From positions 896,001 to 960,000 of the forward strand of contig OZ245046.1 of assembly GCA_965224245.1 (NCBI GenBank): a DNA stretch of 64,000 bases, written 5' to 3'. Shown here piece after piece: positions 1 to 10,229 of this stretch. The notes below the pieces were generated by a model, which was given only the letters and a program-made list of their open reading frames with translations, did no database searches and had not been told where the DNA came from. A program made the position numbers and the translations under genes. The stretch's first letter is position 1. Each line of letters opens with the position of its first letter. Source of the DNA: Candidatus Eiseniibacteriota bacterium. Lineage in GTDB: Bacteria > Eisenbacteria > RBG-16-71-46 > CAZAMP01.

Positions 1-1
1 T

Positions 2-2422
2 GCCATCGGCATCACGGTCTCCGGTGACCTCGTCTTCGTTGCATGCGACACGCAGGGTCTTCAGGTCTTCGACATCCGCGATCCATCGAACCCGGTCATC
101 GCCAATGCCTTCGTCACGCCCAGCTCCGCAATCGGTGTCGCGGTGGCCGGAGATCTCGCCTTCGTCACGGACGAGATACAGGGTCTGCATGTGATCAGGG
201 TCCGATACCCCACGAGCCCGGCGCTGGAAGGTACCTTCGTGGACTCCGACGGCATCTACGATGTCGCGGTGTCCGGAGACCTGGCGTTCGTGGCCGCGCA
301 GACCGGGTTGCTGATCATCGACATCAGTGACCCGTCCACCCCGGTCGTCATCGGCAGCTACGATACGCCGGCAACTACCGCTCACATCGCGATCGCCGGG
401 AACCTCGCCTTCCTGGCGGAGTACGACTATTCGAACTACCGATACACGCTGCTGATCGTCGACGTCACGGACCCCGCGAGTCCCGCGCTCGTCAGCTCGC
501 ATGACACGACGGACTCGATCAACAGCCTCTCCGTGGCCGACGATCTTCTGCTCGTGCAGGTCGCCTTCTCCGGATTGGAGATCTACGACGTCAGTGATCC
601 GACCAGCCCTGTGCTGGTCGGCACCAGTGGCGGTCCATTCGGCGGCAGTACCATCTACGGCCATCGTGCCTATTTCGGCGGCAGTGGTCTCGGGATTCTC
701 GACATCAGCGACCCTTCGATGCCCGTGCCGGTCGGCAGCTGCTCTCTCTTCGGAAACGGCGGCTTTGGCGTGGAGGTGGAGGGCGATCTGGCCTATCTCG
801 CAAACGGGATCTGGGGCCTCGCGGTCGTCGACATCAGTGACCCTACCGCGCCGGAGGTGCTTTCCTACACCTGGACAGAGGAGGACGCGAGCCACATCGC
901 CGTCAGCGGCAACATCGCGCTCGTCACGGATCGCAACTGGGGGCTACACGTGTTCGACATCACCGACCCTGTGAACCCGGTCCTCACCGACGTGTACGAT
1001 ACGCCGGATGATGCTCGACGAGTCGTGATCGAAGGGGAGCTCGCGTTCATCGCAGACTGGGCGGGTGGCCTGCACATTCTCCGCATCTACCAGCATGAGC
1101 TGGATACCGCGAATCACGCAGGCCAGTCTCTCCCGGTCGATGGAGCTTCCAGCACGATCCCGCGTGCTCGTGTCCTGGATGTGAGTACCGGTGTGGTCTC
1201 CTGGGAGCTGAGCGCCGACGCGGGCGCGAGCTGGACGGCCGTTGCCACGCCCGATGCATGGACACGGATCGCATCCCCGGGTGCGGATCTCCAGTGGAGA
1301 TCGTTACTCGAACTGGGTGGAGTGGGTCTGCCCACCGTGTCGGAACTCACCCTGGAGTGGCTGAACGAATCTGGCCCGGTCGTCTCGATCACCGACATCG
1401 CCGATGATCAGGGCGGCTGGGTGCGTCTGAGCTTCGGCCGCTCGGGCTACGACTTCGCCGACGAGAGCAGCCTCCCGGTGGCGACGTACCAGATCTATCG
1501 ACGCCTGGATGACGAGGTCCTTCGCCGGCAGGTGCTCGAGGACGGCCGTATGGCCGATGCCGAGGTACTGGAGCGGGCGCCGATGTCGTCTCTCCATCCG
1601 TCAGCCGTTCGGAGCTTCCGTGATCGCCTGTATGTCCTGGGCGAGGAAGGGAGCGCCAGAGGTGAGATGCCTCCCGGGGTCTGGGAGATTCTGACGACAG
1701 TCTCGGCCTTGCAGCAGGATGAGTACGTGGTAGCGGTTCCAACCCTCGGAGACTCGAGCGATGCCGGAATCGCCTGGTCGGTCAACCTCGTCACCACACA
1801 CACGACGACGCCGTCGATCTGGTTCGCCTCCGCGCCCGATAGCGGCTACTCGGTCGACAACATCGCTCCGGGCATCCCGTCGGGTCTTGCCCTGCTTGGC
1901 ACGGAGCTCTCGTGGGATGCAGCACCGGAGGATGACTTCCGGCATCACAGCGTCTATGGCTCGGAGCTGGAGGAGTTCGATCCGGCGGCCACACTGATGG
2001 GCTACACGGTCGACCCTATCTACGACGTGAGCGGTGCCTCGTACGGCTACTACCACGTGACGACGACCGATCACGTGGGCAATGAAGGGGACGCGGCCAG
2101 CGTGGAGGGAAGCCTGCTCTCGTCACCCGAGGCGCCGATCCCGATGACGTATACACTGTCCTCGCCGGGCCCGAATCCGTCTGGTGGCCGCACCGCGATG
2201 ACGTTCGCACTGCCCGAGGCGGGGAACGTGCAGCTCGCGATCTACGACGCGAGCGGTCGTGCGGTCCGGACGCTGGCCGATGGGGCGTATGCGCCCGCGG
2301 TCCATCGGGTGTTCTGGGACGCGCGCGATGACTGCGGTCGGCGCGTGGGCCCAGGCGTCTACTTCGTGCGGATCGAGGTCGGGACGTTCCATGCGGAGCG
2401 ACGGCTCACGGTGATGCGGTGA
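2..2422 (+). CDS. Secreted LVIVD-repeat beta-propeller protein with C-terminal FlgD-Ig/T9SS-like domain (5' end outside window)
   Basis: Frame open from base 2; ~42-aa repeats (V.G.LAFVA...GL.I.DISDP..P); C-terminus PNP...F.LP...V.LAIYD..GR.VRTL...WD.RD..G..V..GVYF.R. Confidence 0.85.
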   Translation, partial: AIGITVSGDLVFVACDTQGLQVFDIRDPSNPVIANAFVTPSSAIGVAVAGDLAFVTDEIQGLHVIRVRYPTSPALEGTFVDSDGIYDVAVSGDLAFVAAQTGLLIIDISDPSTPVVIGSYDTPATTAHIAIAGNLAFLAEYDYSNYRYTLLIVDVTDPASPALVSSHDTTDSINSLSVADDLLLVQVAFSGLEIYDVSDPTSPVLVGTSGGPFGGSTIYGHRAYFGGSGLGILDISDPSMPVPVGSCSLFGNGGFGVEVEGDLAYLANGIWGLAVVDISDPTAPEVLSYTWTEEDASHIAVSGNIALVTDRNWGLHVFDITDPVNPVLTDVYDTPDDARRVVIEGELAFIADWAGGLHILRIYQHELDTANHAGQSLPVDGASSTIPRARVLDVSTGVVSWELSADAGASWTAVATPDAWTRIASPGADLQWRSLLELGGVGLPTVSELTLEWLNESGPVVSITDIADDQGGWVRLSFGRSGYDFADESSLPVATYQIYRRLDDEVLRRQVLEDGRMADAEVLERAPMSSLHPSAVRSFRDRLYVLGEEGSARGEMPPGVWEILTTVSALQQDEYVVAVPTLGDSSDAGIAWSVNLVTTHTTTPSIWFASAPDSGYSVDNIAPGIPSGLALLGTELSWDAAPEDDFRHHSVYGSELEEFDPAATLMGYTVDPIYDVSGASYGYYHVTTTDHVGNEGDAASVEGSLLSSPEAPIPMTYTLSSPGPNPSGGRTAMTFALPEAGNVQLAIYDASGRAVRTLADGAYAPAVHRVFWDARDDCGRRVGPGVYFVRIEVGTFHAERRLTVMR

Positions 2423-2444
2423 AGCCGGGATCCGCGTGCCAGAG

Positions 2445-2644
2445 CTCGAGCCCCGTACGTTCACCCGACGCGGGCTCGAAGTCCTCTCTACCTCTCTGTT
2501 TGGAAGGCCGTTCGAACAATCGCGATAACCGGCTGGCTGCAGCAACGTTGTCTGGTTGACTACTGGCGTACCCGCTCAGAGTTTGCACTGTCTCACACGG
2601 GTCACCATGGTCTGTCATGTAAGTGCATTTCGACAAATGGGTTA
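2445..2644 (+). repeat. Intergenic element A, copy 1
   Basis: CTCGAGCCC..GGGCTCGAA hairpin, CTCTCTACCTCTCTGTTTGGA, GTTCG, AGTTTGCACTGTCTCACACGGGTCACCA, TAAG..GTTA box; aligns with 17834-18033 and 26546-26743. Confidence 0.85.
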
Positions 2645-2700
2645 TGAGCCTACTCGCCCCCCCCTCGGCCAGCGTGATCGATCACTTCGCTTGAACTAGC

Positions 2701-2791
2701 CTGTCCCATTCGACCAGTTCTGACGCGGAGTGTCTTAGACCGCCCTCACTTCCCCGGCAGGCCCTGTCCACATCCGTCGAGCTTGCCGCGT
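2701..2791 (+). promoter_or_regulatory. Two tandem candidate ECF promoters CTGTCC-N17-CGCG upstream of the lipoprotein gene
   Basis: 2701-2727 and 2764-2791; same motif and spacing at 10005-10033. Confidence 0.5.
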
Positions 2792-2872
2792 GGTGATCGG
2801 AACGTCGCTACCGAAGGAAGAGTGAACCGTGGAGCCCGTACTCGACGGGAAGCCCCGAAACGAGAGAGAGTC

Positions 2873-5119
2873 ATGCGTAACCTATTGCTAATGATCGCGA
2901 TGTCACTCGAAACCCTTGTCGGCTGTTCACCAGACGGGGATGCTGGGGTCGGTCCCCGAGACGACGCGCCCCAGGAGGCAGCCACGATCGACGCGGATGG
3001 CGGCACGGTCACCGCAGTGTCCGAAGGCGTGAGCTCCTCGTTGAACTTTCCCCCGGGATCGCTCGGCGAAACGACCCGCATCGCGCTCCTGCCCGGCGAG
3101 GCGGAAGAGGGCGAGCTGGCCCGGTTCCGGATCGACGCCGACGAGCGGCGACTGCGGCGGCCGGCCAGCTTCCGGTTCACACTCCCGGACACCGTGGCCC
3201 CCGAACGCCTGGCGATCTTCCTGGAGACCGGAGCCCGCCGTGTCCCCCTCGTCACGTCGGTGGACGGTGGTGATCTCGTGGCCGAGATCTGGAGCTTCGG
3301 ACTCGACCTCGGCGACATCGGCACCGGTCGGTCAGGCGGCCTCTTCTCGGATGCGTTCATCGCGTACCTGGATTGTCAGTGGGAGCACGACCTCGTCCGC
3401 GAGGAACTCGTCCGCCTGAACGCGTGGATGTCCATGGACGGCGAACCGGGCATCGTGACCAGCCGGACCGAGCAGCTGATCGCACGGCTGAACGCGGTGA
3501 AGATCAGTTGCGGGGGTGTCGAGGGAACGGACGAGCTGGTGCAGTACGCGATGACGGCGAGCTGCGATCGCTACCGCGAGGCCTACGTCGATGCAGCGGC
3601 ACTGCCACCGCCGTCTGACTACGACACCATGCTCCGCCAGATCGTGCCCGTGCTGTCCAGTCATGCCGTCGTCGAGAACGTTGGCGTCGAGGCCTGCGGC
3701 TCCCCGATGTACCCGCTGATACAGGATGAGCTCTCGTCCTTCGTCGATCAGTATGCTGCCGAGATCACGGCCCCCGGCTACCTCGACGGCGCCGGGCCGT
3801 GGCGGCTGGTGTGGGCAGACCTCCGGTCGACGATCGGCAACCTCGCCGCCGACGTGGAAATGCTCGGCGTGGCGGAGGAGGTGCCCGTCTACGAGGATCT
3901 CGTGTACCCGCTCGCGAACATCCTCCGGCGTGCGGCCTACCAGTCGTGTCGTGAGTTCAACACCCAGGTGTACCTCGTCGACCTTCTCACCGGTGGGTGG
4001 TACCTCGAGCACCCCATCAGCCCGACGTCCGACCCATCGATCCTGAACCTCGAGTCGAGTGCGGTTCGGGAAGACGTCGAGCACTGTGCCTGCGAGTTCA
4101 CGGTGAAGGCCTTCGACGCCATCGGTGAGGTACTGGCCGAGGAGTCACTCGGCGGCGGCGATGCTCCCGGATCGGCCGTCACTACGGCGGCGATGTTCGT
4201 TCCGGCGGATGGCGTCCTCGAGTTCAGCGGATCCGTGCGGGCGTTTCGGTGCGAGCCTCCCGATCGGTCCGCCAGCTGGAGCATCGATCGCCTGGTGGTC
4301 CGGATCGGCGACGACGAGCTGGCCAGTCGCTTCGCCGGTGCGGACGGCCAGTACCTGAGCACGCCGCTCGACGTCTCCATGGAGGACGTGCTGGCCGCCG
4401 ACGCCTCGCGTCCCATTCTCCTGACCGTGCACCGCGTGGGCCCCGCGTGCGGTGGCTGGTACGCGGGGCACGCCGGTGAAGCGGAGGTCGACACTCAGCT
4501 ACTCGAGATCGAGCTCCGCTCCAACTTCGTGGTGCGGGACGGGGAGTTCGAGGACGGGGACTGGTCGCACGATCTCTTCGTGAACCATCCCAGCGGGGCC
4601 GGCCGTGCCTCCGTCGCGCGCTCGGGCTCGGCCGGCAACCCCGGAGCCGCCCAGACCGGCCGTCACGACTTCGGCCCGGGCGTGCTGACGTACGGACACC
4701 TCAACAACGAGGCCTGGTACGCTCCCGCGACGGACGGACCCATCTCATCGGTGTCCTTCTCGATCCAGTTTTCAGTCACGGCCGGCGGCGGTGCTTGCGG
4801 TGGTGATCCCGGCAATCCCCAGGTCTCTTGCGGGATGTTGCTTCATCAGGATGGGCACTACTTCAAGACCGGCGAGGCCTGGCTTTCAGCAGGGCAAGTG
4901 TCGGGCTGGGTGACGATTGCCGCACGCGATCTGACCGCCGAAGACTTCCGGCGCATTCGCGCCGACGGAACCACGGAGGCGGTTCACCCGGACTTCACCG
5001 AGAAGGGAAACCCGATCACCCTCGGGTACGGAACCGGAAACAGCACCGGGCTAGACACCTGTGTCCGGGACTGGAAGGTGGACAACTTCTACGTCGAGGT
5101 CGTGCCGGAGGAGCGCTGA
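2873..5119 (+). CDS. Hypothetical lipoprotein-like protein
   Basis: Long ORF; ATG 2873 after purine-rich RBS; MRNLLLMIAMSLETLVGC resembles a lipobox signal. Confidence 0.65.
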   Translation: MRNLLLMIAMSLETLVGCSPDGDAGVGPRDDAPQEAATIDADGGTVTAVSEGVSSSLNFPPGSLGETTRIALLPGEAEEGELARFRIDADERRLRRPASFRFTLPDTVAPERLAIFLETGARRVPLVTSVDGGDLVAEIWSFGLDLGDIGTGRSGGLFSDAFIAYLDCQWEHDLVREELVRLNAWMSMDGEPGIVTSRTEQLIARLNAVKISCGGVEGTDELVQYAMTASCDRYREAYVDAAALPPPSDYDTMLRQIVPVLSSHAVVENVGVEACGSPMYPLIQDELSSFVDQYAAEITAPGYLDGAGPWRLVWADLRSTIGNLAADVEMLGVAEEVPVYEDLVYPLANILRRAAYQSCREFNTQVYLVDLLTGGWYLEHPISPTSDPSILNLESSAVREDVEHCACEFTVKAFDAIGEVLAEESLGGGDAPGSAVTTAAMFVPADGVLEFSGSVRAFRCEPPDRSASWSIDRLVVRIGDDELASRFAGADGQYLSTPLDVSMEDVLAADASRPILLTVHRVGPACGGWYAGHAGEAEVDTQLLEIELRSNFVVRDGEFEDGDWSHDLFVNHPSGAGRASVARSGSAGNPGAAQTGRHDFGPGVLTYGHLNNEAWYAPATDGPISSVSFSIQFSVTAGGGACGGDPGNPQVSCGMLLHQDGHYFKTGEAWLSAGQVSGWVTIAARDLTAEDFRRIRADGTTEAVHPDFTEKGNPITLGYGTGNSTGLDTCVRDWKVDNFYVEVVPEER

Positions 5120-5244
5120 GCGTGTCGAAACGAATGGTCGGCGCTCGGTTTCCCGGGATCGCTGCGTCGTTCCGACCAGATGCGTGACGATGCTCCGGAC
5201 GTGAGCAGCGATCGCGATGCAGGATCAACGACCGAGGGTGAGTG

Positions 5245-5847
5245 TCATTCTGACGGACTGTCGTTCGAGCTCCGCGAGCTCTCGCCCTGCATGTCGCGGT
5301 AGAGCCACGCCTGAGCGTACTGGCAGTAGCGGCGAACGGATCGCGGTGTGACGTTCAAGACCTCAGCGATCTCCTCGTCGGGCACGCCGGCGAAGAGCTT
5401 CAGCTCCAGCACCCGCGCCTTCTCGGGGGCATGCTCGGTGAGGCGGGTCAGCGATTGATCGAGCGCGATGACGTCGAGCATCGGAACGTCGGCGGCCGAT
5501 ACCGTGATCGCGTGATCGAGGTCGATCGGCGTGACACCTCCGCCTCGGCGAAGGCGCTTCTTGCGGCGGGCATGATCGACGAGCACGCGTCGCATGGCCT
5601 GAGCGGCGATGGCGAAGAAGTGCGCGCGATCCTTCCACTCGGCCCGGGTCTGATCGATGAGCTTGAGGTAGGCCTCGTGCACGAGCGCCGTCGCCTGGAG
5701 GGTGTGGTCCGGTCGCTCTCGGGCGAGGTAGTACTGGGCGAGTCGGCGCAGCTCGTCGTAGACGAGGGGCAGCAGAGTGTCGGCCGCATCGGCTTCCTTG
5801 GCCGACGCCGCCTGGAGAAGTCTCGTGGCCTGGTCTGCACCGGACAT
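5245..5847 (-). CDS. ECF sigma factor, kinase-associated (ECF43/TIGR02999-like)
   Basis: LLPLVYDELRRLA, HTLQATALVHEAYLKL, HFFAIAAQAMRRVLVDHAR, sigma4 HTH. Confidence 0.92.
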   Translation of the reverse strand: MSGADQATRLLQAASAKEADAADTLLPLVYDELRRLAQYYLARERPDHTLQATALVHEAYLKLIDQTRAEWKDRAHFFAIAAQAMRRVLVDHARRKKRLRRGGGVTPIDLDHAITVSAADVPMLDVIALDQSLTRLTEHAPEKARVLELKLFAGVPDEEIAEVLNVTPRSVRRYCQYAQAWLYRDMQGESSRSSNDSPSE

Positions 5848-5950
5848 GTGACGACACCTCCCATGTTCCGTCGCCGTGGTTCACGAGTATAATCGTGTGA
5901 CGACTCGTGTAGGTCAACCTGCTCACATTGCTTGCCGGAGCCCCGCCCGC

Positions 5951-8900
5951 ATGACTGATCCACGACCCGACGCCGCCACGATCTTCTCCGATGCACTCGA
6001 GCTCCCGTCGTCCGAGCGTGAGGCCTTCGTGGCCCGGCAGTGTGGATCGGACGAGGCGCTCCGAACGGAGGTGGAGGCGCTCCTGGCCGTTCTTCCGGAG
6101 GCGGAGCGGGTGCTGGATCCGCGGGCGGTGGCGGCGGAAGTCGACGAGTCCGTTCGAGGCCTCGAGAGTCGCATGATCGGAACCCGGGTCGATGCCTACT
6201 GCATCATCGGCCTGCTCGGCACGGGCGGCATGGGCGCGGTCTATCTCGGTGAGCGGAGCGACGCCGAGTTCGACAAGCGCGTCGCGATCAAGCTCTTCCG
6301 CACGTCGGTCGGCAGCGACGCGATGCTGGAGCGGTTTCGCACCGAGCGTCGGGTTCTCGCGGCGCTGGAACACGCGAACATCGCGCGGCTGCTGGACGGC
6401 GGGGCCACGGACGACGGCGTTCCGTACATCATCATGGAGCACGTGGACGGTGTCGCGATCGATCGGCACGCCGACGACGCCCGACTCGAACTGAACGAGC
6501 GACTCCGAATCTTCCAGTTCGTCTGCGAGGCCGTCCGGTACGCGCACCAGAACCTCGTCATCCACCGCGACCTCAAGCCGTCGAACATTCTCGTCAGCCG
6601 CGACGGGCAGCCGAAGCTGCTCGACTTCGGAATCGCCAAGGTTGTCGACGACTCCGTCGATCCGGCCCAGCACACGGTCACCAACCTCCGCATGTTGACG
6701 CCACGGTATGCGAGCCCCGAGCAGATCAGGGGAGAGCCCGTCACCACGGCCACCGACGTCTACTCGCTCGGTGTCGTTCTCCACGAGCTTCTCACGGGCC
6801 TGCACCCGCACGACCGAGGCACGCAGTCGTCGACGGGCCTGGAGCGGATCATCGCGGAGGAGGACGCCGTGCGACCGAGCGTCGCGCTCGATCGGGATCC
6901 GGAGCGAGCCGAGCGTGCGGCCCGCGCGCGCGGGACCGATGTTCGCGGGCTTCGGTCGCGGCTGCGAGGTGACCTCGACACGGTCGTTCTCAAGGCCATC
7001 GACAACGATCCCGCGCGTCGCTACGACTCCGTTGGCGCGTTCTCCGAGGACATCCGACGTCACCTCGAGGGTCACACCGTCCTCGCCCGCCCGGACACGA
7101 TCCGATACCGGACGATGAAGTTCGCGCGCCGGAACAAGCCGATCGTACTCGGCATTCTCGGTGTCGTGCTGGCGCTCGTCGCTGGCCTCGTGGCCACACG
7201 AAGCCAGTACGTTCGCGCCGATCGCGAGCGGATGCGGGCCGAGGATCAGACGCGTGAGGCCACGTGGATCGCCTATGCCGCCAAGGTCTCGGCAGCCGAG
7301 AACGCAATCCGGGCGAACGAGATCGAGGACGCCGAGCGTTTCCTCGATGATGCGCCCGTCGAGCTCAGGGGCTGGGAGTGGCATCACCTGCGCCGGCGTC
7401 TGGATCGCAGCCTCGCGTCGATTCCCGCGCACGACTTCTGGGTGACCGCACTCGCGTTCAGTCCGGATGGCCAGCTGCTCGTCAGTGGATCCTACGATCA
7501 GACGGTCAAGGTGTGGGAGCTGGACCCCCCGCGCCTGCGGCACACGCTCCGTCGTCCGCTCACGTTGACGGGCCTGGCCTCCTGGGAGTTCGGTGTCCTG
7601 GACATCGACGTGCTTCCCGACGCGCGACGCGCCGTCGTGAACTATCTGCACGAGTCAGACCCCGGTGATGCGAAGGCGGGCGGCGCGGTGGTGATCTGGG
7701 ATCTGGAACGAGGCGAAGCCCTCGAGTCGTTCCGCGATCCCGGTCTATCGTGGTGGCATGGCGATGTCGACCGCACGGGTCGGCTGATCGCTGTCGGTAA
7801 CCGGTCGGGAACGGTCCGGGTCTTCGAGGGTGGTCTCCGGGATGTGGTGGCGACCTTCGACGCCTCACCGTCCACCGACGGGACGTTCCAGCGGCTACAC
7901 TCGGTCGCGTTCCATCCGGATCAGCCGATCGTGGCCACGGCCCGGAGCCGGATCGAGACCTGGCGCGCGACGGACGGCTCGCCGCTCGCCGCGTTTCCAT
8001 CCACGCCCGACAGACCGTCGACGTTGAGGTACTCGAACCGGGGAGATCGCCTCGCGGCGATCATGCGGCGTGGTCCGGTGACGATCTGGGACACGTCCAC
8101 CGTCACGGCGCTCACGCACTTCGCCGGCCACCAGGGCGCGGTTCAGGATCTCGTCTTCGGCGACACGGACGAGGAGATCTTCTCGGTCGGAGATGACGCG
8201 CGCGTCCTCGCCTGGGACTCGCGTACGGGAACGATCCGTCGAACGCTTCGCGGACACCGGAGCGCGGTCCGGGCGATTGCGATGAGCGATGACGGTCGTC
8301 GCCTGGCCACCGGCGACGAGCGGGGCGAGCTCCGGATCTGGAGTCCCGAGACCTCGGATGTCCCGAAGCGCACCATCCAGCAGGCCTGGCGCCCGATGTG
8401 GCCCACCGAGGCGATTCCGACCCCGGATGGTCGCGGCATCCTCAGTGCCGGAACGCACAAGCAGGTCGAGCGGTGGGACCGCGATGGAACCGATCGGGGC
8501 GAGCTGCTGCGGGAGCTCGACACGTGCGGAGCCCGCGCTCTGGCTCTTTCCGACGACGGAGACCTCCTGGTCGTGGCGAACGACCGGGGTTGCGTGACCG
8601 TGGCGGACTATTCGGCGCGCCGTCTGGAGCGCGTGTTCTGGGCGCACGGGGGGCACGTCGTGGACGTCGACATCCATCCCGACGGCGTCCACTTCGCCAC
8701 GGTGGGGGACGACTCTCTCCTTCGAGTCTGGCGTCGTGACGACCTCGACACCCCGGTGCACACATCGAAGCATCACAGCCCGACCACGGCGGTTGGCTTC
8801 GATCGAAGTGGCTCGAGCGTGCTCGTGGGAACTCGCGGAGGGGCGATCACCATCGTCAACTCGACGACGGGGGCGCTCGTCACGAAGATCGACGCGCACG

Positions 8901-9973
8901 CGGGATCGGTCGCGGACCTCGTCGTGGCTCCCGATGGCGAGACGTTCGTCACCGCCTCGGCGGACGGGTCGGTTCGAGAGTGGCGACTCCCCGGGGGCGA
9001 GTCCCTGCGCGTCCTCGTCGACGGCGACGCGCCGATGGACGCCGTGGTCTTTCATCCGGACGGAAGTCGCATCTTCGCGGGGGGGGACGGCGGTGCGATC
9101 CGCGTCATCGGCGCGACGCTCGGCCGGGAGATCGTTCGACTCGGCGGTCACCAGGCGGCGATACGGTCACTCTCGGTCGGCGACGACGGGCTCCTCGTGT
9201 CGACGTCGCGCGACGGCACGGTTCGATGGTGGGATCCGCACCCGGCTCGGCAGGCGGAGATCGAAGAGCAGTTACCGGTACCGGTAGCACCGGTGCACGC
9301 AGAGGCCGGTCTGGATGGAGACGACGTCGTCTCACGAGACCTCGTGGCGGCATGGCGAGGCGACGACAGCGCCCGCGACGCTGTCGGGGCTCACCACGGT
9401 GTCCTCCAGAACGGCGCTCGGTTCGCGGGCGGTGTGATAGGCGAGGCCTTCGAGTTTCAGGATCCGCTCGCGGTCGTTCGCATCGAGCCCGTACCTCGCT
9501 GTCTCCAATCGGGGGACGACTACTCGATCGTCCTCTGGGCCTCTCTTGCCGACTCGACGTCGAGCGGGACCGTGATCTCATGCCGGCCTGAGCGATGGCA
9601 CTTCGCTCGCAAGGGGTGGACGCTGCGCCGCAGCGCGGAGACGTGGCGCTTGGGGCGGGCCGAGCCACAGGAGCCGGCGCTCCTGGTTCCCGGCTCGGCC
9701 GATGGGGGTCGGTTCACGCACCTCGCGCTGGTCGTGGAGCCCCGGTTCGAGCGGGTGACGCTGTACGTCGACGGAACACCGCACGTCGGCCCCGGCGATC
9801 TCTTCGCCGACGTGGCGCTTCCGGGGACCGCGCTCCTGCGGATCGGGCGCGACGCCTACCACGAGGACACCACGTGGGACCCCCTCTCGGGCCGCGTCGA
9901 CGAGGTGGAGGTCTACGACCGCGCACTCCGCGCGAGCGAGATCCGAGCTTTCGCGTCTCGATACGCCCGGTAG
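5951..9973 (+). CDS. Ser/Thr protein kinase with TM segment, WD40 repeats and C-terminal LamG-like domain
   Basis: GTGGMGAV, VAIK, HRDLKPSN, DFG, YASPE; GH..WD repeats; G.VDEV.VYDRAL...EI terminus; TATAAT at 5888-5893. Confidence 0.9.
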   Translation: MTDPRPDAATIFSDALELPSSEREAFVARQCGSDEALRTEVEALLAVLPEAERVLDPRAVAAEVDESVRGLESRMIGTRVDAYCIIGLLGTGGMGAVYLGERSDAEFDKRVAIKLFRTSVGSDAMLERFRTERRVLAALEHANIARLLDGGATDDGVPYIIMEHVDGVAIDRHADDARLELNERLRIFQFVCEAVRYAHQNLVIHRDLKPSNILVSRDGQPKLLDFGIAKVVDDSVDPAQHTVTNLRMLTPRYASPEQIRGEPVTTATDVYSLGVVLHELLTGLHPHDRGTQSSTGLERIIAEEDAVRPSVALDRDPERAERAARARGTDVRGLRSRLRGDLDTVVLKAIDNDPARRYDSVGAFSEDIRRHLEGHTVLARPDTIRYRTMKFARRNKPIVLGILGVVLALVAGLVATRSQYVRADRERMRAEDQTREATWIAYAAKVSAAENAIRANEIEDAERFLDDAPVELRGWEWHHLRRRLDRSLASIPAHDFWVTALAFSPDGQLLVSGSYDQTVKVWELDPPRLRHTLRRPLTLTGLASWEFGVLDIDVLPDARRAVVNYLHESDPGDAKAGGAVVIWDLERGEALESFRDPGLSWWHGDVDRTGRLIAVGNRSGTVRVFEGGLRDVVATFDASPSTDGTFQRLHSVAFHPDQPIVATARSRIETWRATDGSPLAAFPSTPDRPSTLRYSNRGDRLAAIMRRGPVTIWDTSTVTALTHFAGHQGAVQDLVFGDTDEEIFSVGDDARVLAWDSRTGTIRRTLRGHRSAVRAIAMSDDGRRLATGDERGELRIWSPETSDVPKRTIQQAWRPMWPTEAIPTPDGRGILSAGTHKQVERWDRDGTDRGELLRELDTCGARALALSDDGDLLVVANDRGCVTVADYSARRLERVFWAHGGHVVDVDIHPDGVHFATVGDDSLLRVWRRDDLDTPVHTSKHHSPTTAVGFDRSGSSVLVGTRGGAITIVNSTTGALVTKIDAHAGSVADLVVAPDGETFVTASADGSVREWRLPGGESLRVLVDGDAPMDAVVFHPDGSRIFAGGDGGAIRVIGATLGREIVRLGGHQAAIRSLSVGDDGLLVSTSRDGTVRWWDPHPARQAEIEEQLPVPVAPVHAEAGLDGDDVVSRDLVAAWRGDDSARDAVGAHHGVLQNGARFAGGVIGEAFEFQDPLAVVRIEPVPRCLQSGDDYSIVLWASLADSTSSGTVISCRPERWHFARKGWTLRRSAETWRLGRAEPQEPALLVPGSADGGRFTHLALVVEPRFERVTLYVDGTPHVGPGDLFADVALPGTALLRIGRDAYHEDTTWDPLSGRVDEVEVYDRALRASEIRAFASRYAR

Positions 9974-10004
9974 TGTCTGTCCAGCGCAGGAATCTCTCCG
10001 AAAG

Positions 10005-10033
10005 CTGTCCAAGATCCTTCTCGTTGTCGCGTA
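10005..10033 (+). promoter_or_regulatory. Candidate ECF promoter CTGTCC-N17-CGCG
   Basis: CTGTCCAAGATCCTTCTCGTTGTCGCGTA upstream of the 10230 gene; matches 2764-2791. Confidence 0.5.
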
Positions 10034-10229
10034 CCTGATGATCGGCACTATCTAGACCGCTCGCTGGTGGGAACGGAGCCGTGTTCCGGCCGGCGCCGCA
10101 GGAAGGGGCGCGCATCCGATGGAGCGGAGTTGCGATCCCGCAACCACGAGGCAGCTCACATGACAGTTAGGCCGAACGCGCAGTCCAACTCGTCCATCGC
10201 CATACTCACTCAATCGGAGAGAGTGCAAC

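Noticed and set aside
2576-2608. Conserved small peptide (MVTRVRQCKL) on the minus strand of element A
   Set aside because: Some changes are synonymous, but ORF length and stop position differ in all three copies and there is no shared RBS.
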